DNA of 45,341 nt from a virus, in the IMG/VR virus record IMGVR_UViG_3300045988_049297; one strand, 5' to 3'. Below, piece after piece: positions 24,516-33,307 of this stretch. The number at the start of each line of letters is the position of its first letter. Within the stretch, counting starts at the first letter, position 1. Below the pieces are notes generated by a model, which worked only from the letters and a program-made list of their open reading frames with translations, ran no database searches and had not been told where the DNA came from. The position numbers and the translations under genes were made by a program.

Positions 24516-24887
24516 TCACCTTTCAATAAAATTCATGGAGAGACTATTCCACAGATAGACCCCGTTAATGAGACTATACATAGGAGCAGTCCGGTCGCCC
24601 ACATAAGCAGTCATGCTTCGAGTTTCTCCGGTCAGCGCATCAGGATAGGAAACCGTGAAAAAGGTATCCGTGACGGCGTTTAGCAAAGTGGACATATCCG
24701 CTGCGGTCATTGGAGGCCACGAGAGAGTTAGTTTTCTCTTTACTGCAACTCGATCTCGAAATAGGTCGCCATTCTGATTTCGACCCGTCCCATCAGCGTC
24801 AATGTCTTGAATGCTCCATGACAACTGAGCAGGGTCAGGCAGAGGGACAGAAGTCCCGTCTGCCTTTGCGATTACAAGAATTGCCAT
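24516..24887 (-). CDS. Distal tail protein candidate (short, 123 aa)
   Basis: Immediately downstream of the tape measure gene (Dit position). Shorter than typical Dit proteins. Confidence 0.4.
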   Translation of the reverse strand: MAILVIAKADGTSVPLPDPAQLSWSIQDIDADGTGRNQNGDLFRDRVAVKRKLTLSWPPMTAADMSTLLNAVTDTFFTVSYPDALTGETRSMTAYVGDRTAPMYSLINGVYLWNSLSMNFIER

Positions 24888-24896
24888 AATTTCTCC

Positions 24897-27800
24897 TTAC
24901 GCCAACAGTGGGCTAAATCCGGTTGCGCGGATGGCGGCATTGTTTTCGTCAACCATCTGCCTAAACAATTCTTTACCGTTCATCTGCACAATTACAGTGA
25001 TCGGGCGACCGTTGCCCGAATTCGTTTCACCGCTTGCTCTCTGCACTGCCTCGTACACACCTTGCGATACAGATTCGACAATCTGATCGTTGTTTGCTAC
25101 AGCCGTCTTTCCTCCAATGCGACCAACCATCTCAGCCCCTGCTTCACGCGCGATAAAGAGCTGCCCCTCATCCACAAAACCGCCATTAGCCAATCTCGGA
25201 ATACTGACATAAGAGATGGTACTAATGCCTCCGCCAACGATACTCAGCACTGAATTGACTTTCCCGATGAAGTTATTCAGCGGCCGGATAATGCCATTTA
25301 GCATTCGTTCCAGCAAACTAATCGCGCCATTTACCAACGCTCTAAAGGCTGAATTGATAGCGTCAACCACATTCGACTGGAACCACCCGCCGACTCCCGC
25401 GAATACGCCAGCGATTTTGTCCCAAAGCGAAACGAAAAATTCACCGACCGATGAGCACATCGACCTGAATGCTGTTTGCACTGGGGTGATAATTTTGTTT
25501 TTAAACCAATCCGTCACAACGCCCCACTCAGCTTTAACCTTCGTCCATGAGGTCGTAAAAGAAGCAGCGATTTTAGTTCCGAGCGTTGAGAAGAAAGTAT
25601 CGACCGGAGTGATTACTTTGGTGTTAAACCAATCACCTACGGTTGACCACAGTGCGCAAATGGAATTCCAAGCATTCGTGAAGAACTGGGCGATGTCCGT
25701 GCAAAGATTACTGAAAAAGGTAGAAATACCGTTAACAATGTTGGGAATCAGAGTTCCAAGAAGAGTACCACCCAGATTTGTGATTCCCTCGATGACACCG
25801 GAAACCCAACCCGTGAATCCATTTACAAGTCCATCGATCACACCTGAAAAGATTTTAGAAATACCGGAACCGAAAGTGGCAAAGGATTTCTTAACCAAAT
25901 CCAAATCACCAGTAAATACACCTTTTAAAAATTGTGCGAATCCCGTGAATACTTCCACGACGCCTGTCACCGCAGTGATTACGCCGTCCAGCACGCCAAC
26001 CAGACCGTTAAATAACCCGATTAAAGAACTTCCGACAACTGTGATTACTACTTCGCCGATGAAGTTCATGAGGCTACCGATAGTAGATTTCAGGCCATTC
26101 CAAAAACCGTCAACCCAGCCGAGTTTTTCGCCTAGCTGATTCAGTTTGTCGTTGAGCGCCTGCAAGCGTTCTCCAACTTTCAGCTTTCCAAAGGTGTTTG
26201 CCACTGCCGATTTAATATCGTTCCATCTCTCAATAAGAACTTTGAGAGTAGCAATGACTACTACCAAAATTGCAACAGCAGGAGCCGCAACCTTGGCAAC
26301 CATCCCAAGTACAGACAAAAATCCTTTTACTCCGCCGCCAGCCGCGTTAAATTGTAAGGCAACTCCCGCGATACAACTTGCGAGTTTTGAAAGGATCGCT
26401 TGACCTGCGCCCGAACTAGCAAACGTGGCAAACCCCGCTTGTAACGTAGCAACTGCGGCAGTAACCCTTTTCCCGATTTTCCAACCTGCGAATGCCGCCC
26501 CGATTGCCAGAGCGATCACCAAAAGTGGTTTTAGTTTATCTTTGATCTCATCAACACGAGTTTCTACCGCATCGCCGAGAAAGTCATAGGTGGGGAGATC
26601 GAAGTCAAATCCACCTCCGCCAGCGCCGCCAGCACCGCCACCGCCCGATCCGCCATTGCTGGCCGAGGGAAGTACATTCAACTCGTCAAATCCGGCGATG
26701 TATTTCTTCAACTCTTTAGCCGACCCGGCAGCGCTTCCGAGATTATCTGCCACCGCTCCTGTGCCGGATGCGAGTTTCCCAACGCTTGAATAATCAACAT
26801 CGGTCAAAGTAAAACCGAGAAGATTTGCGATAGCGTTTGCAATCTCTCGAATAGCTTTAACTACGGCAATCGCATAAGGAAGGATGGCGTTTAGAGCCGG
26901 AATGAAGATATTGCCGATTGCCCGCGATGCCTGTGTAATTTGCGCCTGCAAGATACGAAGTTGGTTTGCGGGAGCTTGCAGTGTTCTAGCCATATCGCCC
27001 TGAGCGCTCGTTACCTGAGTCATAATGGCGTAGTATCTCAGCTCGGCCTTTTCCGCCTGCGTCATGTTTGCAACGCTTTCCTTGATACCAAGGTTAAGTG
27101 CTATTTGCTGTAATTCTGCTTGCGATAAATCGTAGCCCAAGCGCCGCAGAGGTTCCAACTCGCCTGCAATACCAGACTGCAACTTCTGCATAGCGTCTTC
27201 GATAGGAATATTTGCATACGAAGAAAGGTCATAACCTAACTGCGTCAGGTTTTTGCTCATGAGCTGCGCTCGTTCCGCCGTATCACCAAAGCCGGTTAGC
27301 AGCGTATTGAAAATACCCTGATTGCGGAGCCACTGTGCAGGGTCAATACCCATGACATCGGATACCTTTTCCGCATATTCTTTTGCTTCATCTGCATACT
27401 GCCCCAAGGCGACTGTGAACAGGTTCAGGTCTTCTTGGTACTTATTAGACTCCGTGACCGCCTGTGCAATGAAATGACTGATTTTGCGGAAAGCGACTGC
27501 GGCAGTAGCAACGTTCAACGCTTTCAATCCGCTCGTGAACTTCCCGGTAGTGGGGGTCGCCTTACTAATCGAAGCGTTGTATTTTTCCGTGCTGGTAATC
27601 AGCTTTTGGATTTTGGACGGGAACGCCGAAAAACCGTTGGACACCTGCTGCATTTCATCGGCAAAAGGCTTCATGGCGGCGGCAAGAGCGGTCATCTGCT
27701 GCGTGAACTTGCCAATGTCCGCCGCTTTCAAATCCTCGATCACCTGCGGCAGCTTGGAAAGCTGATTGATAAAGGTGGTCATATTAGCCTTACCCAACTC

Positions 27801-28181
27801 GGAGAGAGGGCGTAAACCGTTGGCGAGGGAAGTCAGCTTATCACCGTCCGTCCATTTCAGGCCAGCAAGGGCAGTGTTGATTGCCGTTAGCTGGTTAGCG
27901 ATGGAGGAAGAAATCTTCACATTTCCAACCCTGCTCAGAGCGATCAGCGCATTGGCAAGCCGGGTGATCTTCTGCGAAGCGTCACCGCTGTTCAATCCTT
28001 TTAGAGAATTGGAAAGCTCCCGAATACCCTGAGCGGTCTTGCTCAGACCCGTTGCGCCGCCGTTGGTAGCGGTTTTCAAACGATTGAGCGTGTTAATCAG
28101 GTTTTGAAGTCCTGCGACCGCCTGAGTACTGTCATTGACGATCTGAAACTCCAACCCCTGAATCTCCACATTGTCAGCCAT
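24897..28181 (-). CDS. Tape measure protein
   Basis: 1094 aa. Long helical N-terminal half, a Gly run (GGSGGGGAGGAGGGG), TM-like hydrophobic centre, and repeated W/F-periodic segments (..WFNTKVITPV.., ..WFKNKIITPV.., ..WFQSNVVDAI..). Follows the chaperone pair. Confidence 0.9.
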   Translation of the reverse strand: MADNVEIQGLEFQIVNDSTQAVAGLQNLINTLNRLKTATNGGATGLSKTAQGIRELSNSLKGLNSGDASQKITRLANALIALSRVGNVKISSSIANQLTAINTALAGLKWTDGDKLTSLANGLRPLSELGKANMTTFINQLSKLPQVIEDLKAADIGKFTQQMTALAAAMKPFADEMQQVSNGFSAFPSKIQKLITSTEKYNASISKATPTTGKFTSGLKALNVATAAVAFRKISHFIAQAVTESNKYQEDLNLFTVALGQYADEAKEYAEKVSDVMGIDPAQWLRNQGIFNTLLTGFGDTAERAQLMSKNLTQLGYDLSSYANIPIEDAMQKLQSGIAGELEPLRRLGYDLSQAELQQIALNLGIKESVANMTQAEKAELRYYAIMTQVTSAQGDMARTLQAPANQLRILQAQITQASRAIGNIFIPALNAILPYAIAVVKAIREIANAIANLLGFTLTDVDYSSVGKLASGTGAVADNLGSAAGSAKELKKYIAGFDELNVLPSASNGGSGGGGAGGAGGGGFDFDLPTYDFLGDAVETRVDEIKDKLKPLLVIALAIGAAFAGWKIGKRVTAAVATLQAGFATFASSGAGQAILSKLASCIAGVALQFNAAGGGVKGFLSVLGMVAKVAAPAVAILVVVIATLKVLIERWNDIKSAVANTFGKLKVGERLQALNDKLNQLGEKLGWVDGFWNGLKSTIGSLMNFIGEVVITVVGSSLIGLFNGLVGVLDGVITAVTGVVEVFTGFAQFLKGVFTGDLDLVKKSFATFGSGISKIFSGVIDGLVNGFTGWVSGVIEGITNLGGTLLGTLIPNIVNGISTFFSNLCTDIAQFFTNAWNSICALWSTVGDWFNTKVITPVDTFFSTLGTKIAASFTTSWTKVKAEWGVVTDWFKNKIITPVQTAFRSMCSSVGEFFVSLWDKIAGVFAGVGGWFQSNVVDAINSAFRALVNGAISLLERMLNGIIRPLNNFIGKVNSVLSIVGGGISTISYVSIPRLANGGFVDEGQLFIAREAGAEMVGRIGGKTAVANNDQIVESVSQGVYEAVQRASGETNSGNGRPITVIVQMNGKELFRQMVDENNAAIRATGFSPLLA

Positions 28182-28973
28182 TCATGTCACCGCCTTTCTC
28201 TTGAAATTTCTTATTGACCGACACCATAAAGGCTTCCATGTAGGCTTTCGCCTTTTCGTCATGTTCCTCTTGGATGGTTTTTCGTTTCTTGGTATTCGAC
28301 TGCCCGAACAGTTCATACGGGCTATCACGATATGGAACAGGTTTCGTTCCTTTTTTCGCAAGGGAATGAAAAACCGGAGATGCATCAATGAGAGCCTCAT
28401 AAACATATGCACCTTGAAGCCACGCCTCTTGGTTTTGCAAATCTTGTTTAATTCGTGCCGCCCTTCTGTAATATTTCACCAAATCACAGTCCTGCTCCCA
28501 AAATTGTTCGTAGGACATACCAATGGCGAGGTAATACGGAAAAACTTCGTAGAATTTTCCTGTGTAAGCAAAAAGGGCGGCTGGGCGTTGATCGCCGCCG
28601 CCCCCCTCGTTATCGGAAAGGCGGTCGCTTACCAACCGGCTTTCCAGCTCAGGTTTCCCTCGTTATCCTCCTGCTGCTCCGGGTCGTCCAGAAGACTCAG
28701 CAGAGGTTCGTTATACATCTCCACCAGAGCGGAGATCAGCTCGTCCTTATGAGTCAGGCGAGCATAAATGTTGTCGATCACATCCCGCTTCACAAAGCGA
28801 TGGTGAGCGAGAAACGCACCTGCAAACAGCGCCGGGAGCATAGTCATCGGTTTGCGTTCCACTTCTTCGGCAACAAAGCCGCTTTTCTCCATCATCTCGA
28901 CGGACTTGCGGGTATATTCCAGCGTGTAGGTGACGCCGGTAGTAGGGTCATTGATGGTCAACTGCTTTGCCAT
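28174..28973 (-). CDS. Tail assembly chaperone frameshift product (gpGT-like, -1 PRF)
   Basis: The -1 frame after GGGAAAC reads GKPELESRLVSDRLSDNEGGGG.., continuous with the 153-aa ORF that ends at 28174 and overlaps the TMP start by 8 nt. Confidence 0.65.
28629..28973 (-). CDS. Tail assembly chaperone (gpG-like)
   Basis: 114 aa between the major tail and tape measure genes. Ends ..EDNEGNLSWKAGW with the slippery heptamer 22 nt before its stop. Confidence 0.75.
   Translation of the reverse strand: MAKQLTINDPTTGVTYTLEYTRKSVEMMEKSGFVAEEVERKPMTMLPALFAGAFLAHHRFVKRDVIDNIYARLTHKDELISALVEMYNEPLLSLLDDPEQQEDNEGNLSWKAGW
28653..28659 (-). promoter_or_regulatory. Slippery heptamer G GGA AAC (programmed -1 frameshift site)
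   Basis: Codon phasing checked by hand: GAG GGA AAC in the G frame gives the X XXY YYZ form. Confidence 0.7.
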
Positions 28974-29011
28974 GACGAATCCTCCTTGTCAATATGGCGA
29001 TTAGTGGCGTC

Positions 29012-29449
29012 TCAGGTCGCCAAAAAAGTGATGGGGGTAGACGGGGCAATGGTGATGTTCATGTCCACCACTTCATTCACGCCGCCGCCCACGGGGTACA
29101 CGGACAGCTCGCCGTCAAAGGAAAACTTGCCGTTAGAACCATCGGGAGTGACCAAACCGGCGCTCTCCGTGCCGCCAAACCAAACTGCATAACTGGCTTT
29201 CTTGCCTTCGAGAGCTTTGAGAGCCTGAAAATCAGACAGCGTGTAGTTCGCGGTGAAGGACAGACCGTCAAGAGACTGGATACCAGCGATGTAAGTCTGC
29301 ATATCATCACTCAGAGTGGTGGTTTCCAGCATTTCAGGCTCACCGCCGAGGTCGGGAAACTCCTTGATGTCGATCAGCTTGCTCCAAGTATCGCCGGTAT
29401 CACCTTTCTTCATCAGAAAGGTTTTGTAGGTCGAAATAGCCATTTTCAT
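29012..29449 (-). CDS. Major tail (tube) protein
   Basis: 145 aa, immediately upstream of the chaperones. Beta-rich (..SFTANYTLSDFQALKALEGKKASYAVWFGG..) and resembles TP901-1-type tube proteins. Confidence 0.75.
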   Translation of the reverse strand: MKMAISTYKTFLMKKGDTGDTWSKLIDIKEFPDLGGEPEMLETTTLSDDMQTYIAGIQSLDGLSFTANYTLSDFQALKALEGKKASYAVWFGGTESAGLVTPDGSNGKFSFDGELSVYPVGGGVNEVVDMNITIAPSTPITFLAT

Positions 29450-29851
29450 TTACCTCCTGTAAAGAGTAGTTCCGTCTGTTTCGGCTTTGTACCGAGCCAC
29501 CAGACGGTAGATTGTTGCGTTCTCCAAATTGGGAACGGGGGACAGAGAAATACGCCTGAAATTTTTGGCGTACATGAGGTCGTCCACAAACCTCATAATC
29601 TTTCGGCAAACAGATTTCTTGCTGCCTGCCTTATCGGAGTAGACATTCACCTCGTACATCAACGTAGCGAACCTCTCCGTATCTCCGCTATCCATGTGAG
29701 CTTCCGTAGTGTAGTTATCCTGCTCCACCAAGCTCACATAGGGGAAACGGGTAGGGGCATTGACATACTCGCCGCTGACCAAGATACCGGGGAACTGCGC
29801 TCTCAGGGCTTCCACAATCGGCGTGTAGATTTGACTCTCCACATCAATCAT
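29450..29851 (-). CDS. Tail terminator / tail completion protein candidate
   Basis: 133 aa, positioned between the gp10-like gene and the tube gene. Assignment mainly by synteny. Confidence 0.45.
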   Translation of the reverse strand: MIDVESQIYTPIVEALRAQFPGILVSGEYVNAPTRFPYVSLVEQDNYTTEAHMDSGDTERFATLMYEVNVYSDKAGSKKSVCRKIMRFVDDLMYAKNFRRISLSPVPNLENATIYRLVARYKAETDGTTLYRR

Positions 29852-30372
29852 GAAAACACCTCCTTCGCAATTTCCGTGAGTCGGTCTTGCAGCTCCTTTA
29901 CCGTTTCATACATCGGCATATTGGCGGGATTACCGTGGGTAATGACCACGAACCCGCCGTTCTTCTTTTCTTTTAGCACTCCGTTCGTGCCAGGGTCGCC
30001 GTAATAACCCCAAGAGTGTTGCTTGCCGTGACCCTGACCGTATTCACCACGCTTCATGCCGAGTTCGTCCGCTTCCGGGTGATTGTCCGGGTAGGTCACG
30101 CCTGTGCCGAACTCGATGAATAGGGTAGCTCCACCTGTCGCCACCACCGCTCGGACATTGTTCCCACGTGATTCTACCGTCACGGAAACATCATTTGTGC
30201 CGTCATAAACGGCCTGCGAGAACTTGACAGAAGCTCTCCCCATGCCCTCCTGCGCCACCCGGTCTAGAAAGACCGCAGTCCGCTCTTGAAGCCGGTTCTT
30301 CCAGTTTTCGGTTTCCTGTATCAGCCGCTCAATCCCTCTCCCGGAGAGCGGAACATTGATTGTCTGACTCAC
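29848..30372 (-). CDS. HK97 gp10-like head-tail joining protein
   Basis: 174 aa. FIEFGTGV motif and overall layout resemble the HK97 gp10 family. ATGA-type overlaps with its neighbours. Confidence 0.55.
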   Translation of the reverse strand: MSQTINVPLSGRGIERLIQETENWKNRLQERTAVFLDRVAQEGMGRASVKFSQAVYDGTNDVSVTVESRGNNVRAVVATGGATLFIEFGTGVTYPDNHPEADELGMKRGEYGQGHGKQHSWGYYGDPGTNGVLKEKKNGGFVVITHGNPANMPMYETVKELQDRLTEIAKEVFS

Positions 30373-30749
30373 GATACCGTCACCTTACTGACCGCATAGG
30401 AAATAGAGTTGAGGGACTTGGCGACCCGGCGAACCACGTAATCGTAGAGCGGCTTCCCGTCCTTGTCATACTGAGGCTCCTTGTCGATGAACAGTACGGT
30501 GTTCTCGTCAATGGGGCAGCTCAGGTCATCGGTAACGATCACCTTGTCGTACCCTGCGAAATTACCGAACTGCTCCACCTGAGCGGAGCCGGTTGCCGCC
30601 GAGATATTGGCGCTCATCGCCACAGCAGGCTTGTAGAACACGATTTCCTCACCAGTCTCGTTACCATACTCATCCTTGGCAGAAACCTTACGGTCATACA
30701 GCAGATACCAGAAGGGCAATTTGTTGCGGTTCAGAGTCTTCATGCTCAA
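30369..30749 (-). CDS. Head closure / head-tail adaptor candidate
   Basis: 126 aa, assigned by synteny between the gp6-like connector and the gp10-like protein. Confidence 0.4.
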   Translation of the reverse strand: MSMKTLNRNKLPFWYLLYDRKVSAKDEYGNETGEEIVFYKPAVAMSANISAATGSAQVEQFGNFAGYDKVIVTDDLSCPIDENTVLFIDKEPQYDKDGKPLYDYVVRRVAKSLNSISYAVSKVTVS

Positions 30750-31072
30750 CCTCCCATTACGGAAGCAAAGGGAATGATGTCCCTCAGCAGCGTAGGCGGC
30801 ACATCTCCGTCTTCGTAGGAACGGGAGATGCCATTCTCGCTGTGAGCGGTCTGGCCTTCGGCACCCCGTTTGTTCAGCAGATACACCGCAATCTCCACCT
30901 GTACAAAACCGTACCGGTAGGGGACAAGCCGCACATCTGGATCATATGGATATGCCTTGCGGCATACCTTGTCACCAGCAATCGAGAGGTAGGTGGAAAG
31001 AATGCCCTCGTCTGTCTCACCAGTCATGGCTTTCACCATTTTCAACTTCTCAGCGTCCGTCACACTTTCCAC
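30746..31072 (-). CDS. gp6-like head-tail connector protein
   Basis: 108 aa. N-terminus DAEKLKMVKAMTGETDEGILSTYLSIAGDKV is typical of gp6-like connector / DNA-packaging proteins. Confidence 0.55.
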   Translation of the reverse strand: MESVTDAEKLKMVKAMTGETDEGILSTYLSIAGDKVCRKAYPYDPDVRLVPYRYGFVQVEIAVYLLNKRGAEGQTAHSENGISRSYEDGDVPPTLLRDIIPFASVMGG

Positions 31073-31078
31073 CTCCCG

Positions 31079-31342
31079 TCACGCTACCGGTTCCTCAGTT
31101 TTCTCACGAGACTTCTTGATAACCGGAATAGGATTGCTCTCAGACAGATTGAACTTGGTGATGATTTCCTCACGGGTGAGGGCTACGGGGTTGTCGAGGG
31201 TATCAACAACCACCGTACCCATCACAACAGAGGTACTTTCCAGTTCACACCGAGTAATCACCTTGTCCTTTGCGGTAAAGCCTACATTACGGAAGTGATC
31301 TCCCTCCCGTACATACACTTTCCCGTCAGAAACATAGAACAT
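31079..31342 (-). CDS. Hypothetical head-module protein (87 aa)
   Basis: Between the capsid and connector genes. No family recognised. Confidence 0.5.
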   Translation of the reverse strand: MFYVSDGKVYVREGDHFRNVGFTAKDKVITRCELESTSVVMGTVVVDTLDNPVALTREEIITKFNLSESNPIPVIKKSREKTEEPVA

Positions 31343-31353
31343 GGTGAACCTCC

Positions 31354-32391
31354 TTAGCCGTTGGTAATGATCTTCGCCAGCGCAATCGTCTTGGGGTCAG
31401 CCACGATAGACCAGTTGTCAGAAGCCGCAAGCTGAGCGTCCGTGGGGGAAGCGGTGTAGTCGGAAGTGGGCTTGGTAAAGCTGAAACCGTTGGGATGCAT
31501 GGTTTCGCGGATACGAGTCACCAGAGCGTCATAGCCTCCGCCTTTGAGAGCGTCACGGGTCAGCTCGGAAGGAACCTTCACAGGGGCAGGGGCGTACTGA
31601 ATAGCGCCAAGACCAAGAACATAGGTGGTATAGGTCGCCGCTTTAGCACCCTCACCGCTGGTAGCGGCAGTAGTGGGACAGCCATCGTCCACAATAACGG
31701 TCATGCCGTTCACCGTGCCGATACGCAGGGGGCGTTCCACGCCATTTGCGTCCGTGTATTTGAGGAAGTCCAGCAGTTTCAGGCCAGCCATGTTAGTGGC
31801 GACCTTACTGTGCATAAACACAAGCTGGAAAGCGTCCTGATTGTCGCCCACGGCCTTCTGGATAGCGTCACCGATAGTGGTTGCACCCATCTTGTTTGCG
31901 TCACCAACGGTGGTAGAAGCGGAAGACAGGTCGGTGGTGTGGTTCGCCCAACCGGCAAACTCACCGCTGCCAGTCACGCCAAAGACCGCATTGAGGATTT
32001 TCAGCATGATGGACTGGCGCTGCTTCTGCCAATACTTAGACACCTGAGCCACGATCTGCTGCATGGGGTCTGCACCGCTGTTATAGTCAACGATGAAGTC
32101 CTTCTCCTTCCAGCCATGCGCACGACCGAACACGATGCCGTTCTGAGCGCCGCCAGCGGGGTCGGTCAGGGTGATATCGGTTGCGCCATCGTAGTTCTCA
32201 GGAGTACCGCCGATGACCTTGTAGAAGGGCAGGGTGTAGAAGTCAGAGCCGTTGGCGATCAGCCGCGCCAGTTCTGCATTCGGGGCGACAGCGCCACTCT
32301 CAAACATAGCGGTCAAGGTGGGGTCTTTTGCGTTTGCCCAGTTGTAGTTAAACAGCTCAGGGTCAAACGGGAAGCCGAGATAAGAAGCCAT
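31354..32391 (-). CDS. Major capsid protein
   Basis: 345 aa, immediately after the scaffold gene. Assigned by size and position, plus a general resemblance to SPP1-type capsid proteins. Confidence 0.75.
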   Translation of the reverse strand: MASYLGFPFDPELFNYNWANAKDPTLTAMFESGAVAPNAELARLIANGSDFYTLPFYKVIGGTPENYDGATDITLTDPAGGAQNGIVFGRAHGWKEKDFIVDYNSGADPMQQIVAQVSKYWQKQRQSIMLKILNAVFGVTGSGEFAGWANHTTDLSSASTTVGDANKMGATTIGDAIQKAVGDNQDAFQLVFMHSKVATNMAGLKLLDFLKYTDANGVERPLRIGTVNGMTVIVDDGCPTTAATSGEGAKAATYTTYVLGLGAIQYAPAPVKVPSELTRDALKGGGYDALVTRIRETMHPNGFSFTKPTSDYTASPTDAQLAASDNWSIVADPKTIALAKIITNG

Positions 32392-32409
32392 AGTGTTATA
32401 CCTCCATAA

Positions 32410-32970
32410 TTACTTCAAAATTGTCTGCCAGTCAGGATGTTCCTTGACGAACTCCAACTGGGCTTTGGTGTCGAGTTTCAGAAAATCAGCCTTGGTCATC
32501 TCGCCGCCCTTACCACCGGCAGGGGGCTTAGGGGTGTCTTTCAGAACCTTGGCTTTTACATCTTTCTCATACTGTTCCAGAAACTTTTTCTGTGCGGCAA
32601 AGACCTTATCCATTTCACCATTTGCCATAGCGATAGCGGCTTCGGTTGCCAGCGGCTCAGGATAACCCTGTGCGGCGAAACTCGCCTTGTAACTGGAAAC
32701 GGTCTTCTCCTTTTCCAACCCCGCCAGTTTGTTCTTCATTTCCTCGAACATCTGCTCGTTTTCCAGCTTCTTGCGTTCTTCCTCAGAGAGCAGCTCATTG
32801 TGCTTCTTCTTCCAAGACGCAAGCTCGGAAGCAGTCTTGTCAAAGACATCTTTCTTCACATAGCCGGTATAATCAGGGTCGGGAAACTCGTAGTTTGCGA
32901 GGGCTTCCGCTTTCTGCTCTGCGGTCATATTTGCAAAGCCCTCAATGGTGGAAACATCAATCTTTGCCAT
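32410..32970 (-). CDS. Capsid scaffolding protein (DUF4355-like)
   Basis: Highly charged, helical (..LSEEERKKLENEQMFEEMKNKLAGLEKEK..). AAAGGAA RBS 8 nt before ATG 32970, so the ORF-track start at 33003 is rejected. Confidence 0.7.
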   Translation of the reverse strand: MAKIDVSTIEGFANMTAEQKAEALANYEFPDPDYTGYVKKDVFDKTASELASWKKKHNELLSEEERKKLENEQMFEEMKNKLAGLEKEKTVSSYKASFAAQGYPEPLATEAAIAMANGEMDKVFAAQKKFLEQYEKDVKAKVLKDTPKPPAGGKGGEMTKADFLKLDTKAQLEFVKEHPDWQTILK

Positions 32971-33091
32971 ACAATCGTTCCTTTCTGCGCTTTTAGAGTG
33001 CATCTCCGCACTATGCCTTTGTGTTTACGGTTCTCTCCGTTTTGTGATTTAAGGCTTCTCTGCCTATTCAACGCCTTACGGCGATTAAACC

Positions 33092-33134
33092 AAAAGAAAA
33101 AGGGCTACCAATACCTTTTCGGTATCAGTAGCCC
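33092..33134 (-). terminator. Rho-independent terminator (two-tier stem) upstream of the scaffold gene
   Basis: Minus strand: GGGCTACTGATACC-GAAAA-GGTATTGGTAGCCC, then TTTTTCTTTT. Preceded by the conserved box GACAGCCATTAC (33146..33135). Confidence 0.65.
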
Positions 33135-33154
33135 GTAATGGCTGTCCCTATCGC

Positions 33155-33307
33155 CTATGCGATAGGCTGTTCATATTTCTTTTTGCTGCTGACCGCCCAC
33201 ACAACCACTTTCTCGTTCCGCTGTGCAATCTCAACGGTCTTTCCCATAGTCAAGATTTCTTCAATCTTTTTGACCGCCACTGGGGTCAGGCGGATTTCCT
33301 TCTCCAT
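33155..33307 (-). CDS. Small hypothetical protein (50 aa)
   Basis: AAGGAGG RBS 9 nt before ATG 33307. Overlaps the portal 3' end by 47 nt. Sequence: MEKEIRLTPVAVKKIEEILTMGKTVEIAQRNEKVVVWAVSSKKKYEQPIA. Confidence 0.5.
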   Translation of the reverse strand: MEKEIRLTPVAVKKIEEILTMGKTVEIAQRNEKVVVWAVSSKKKYEQPIA

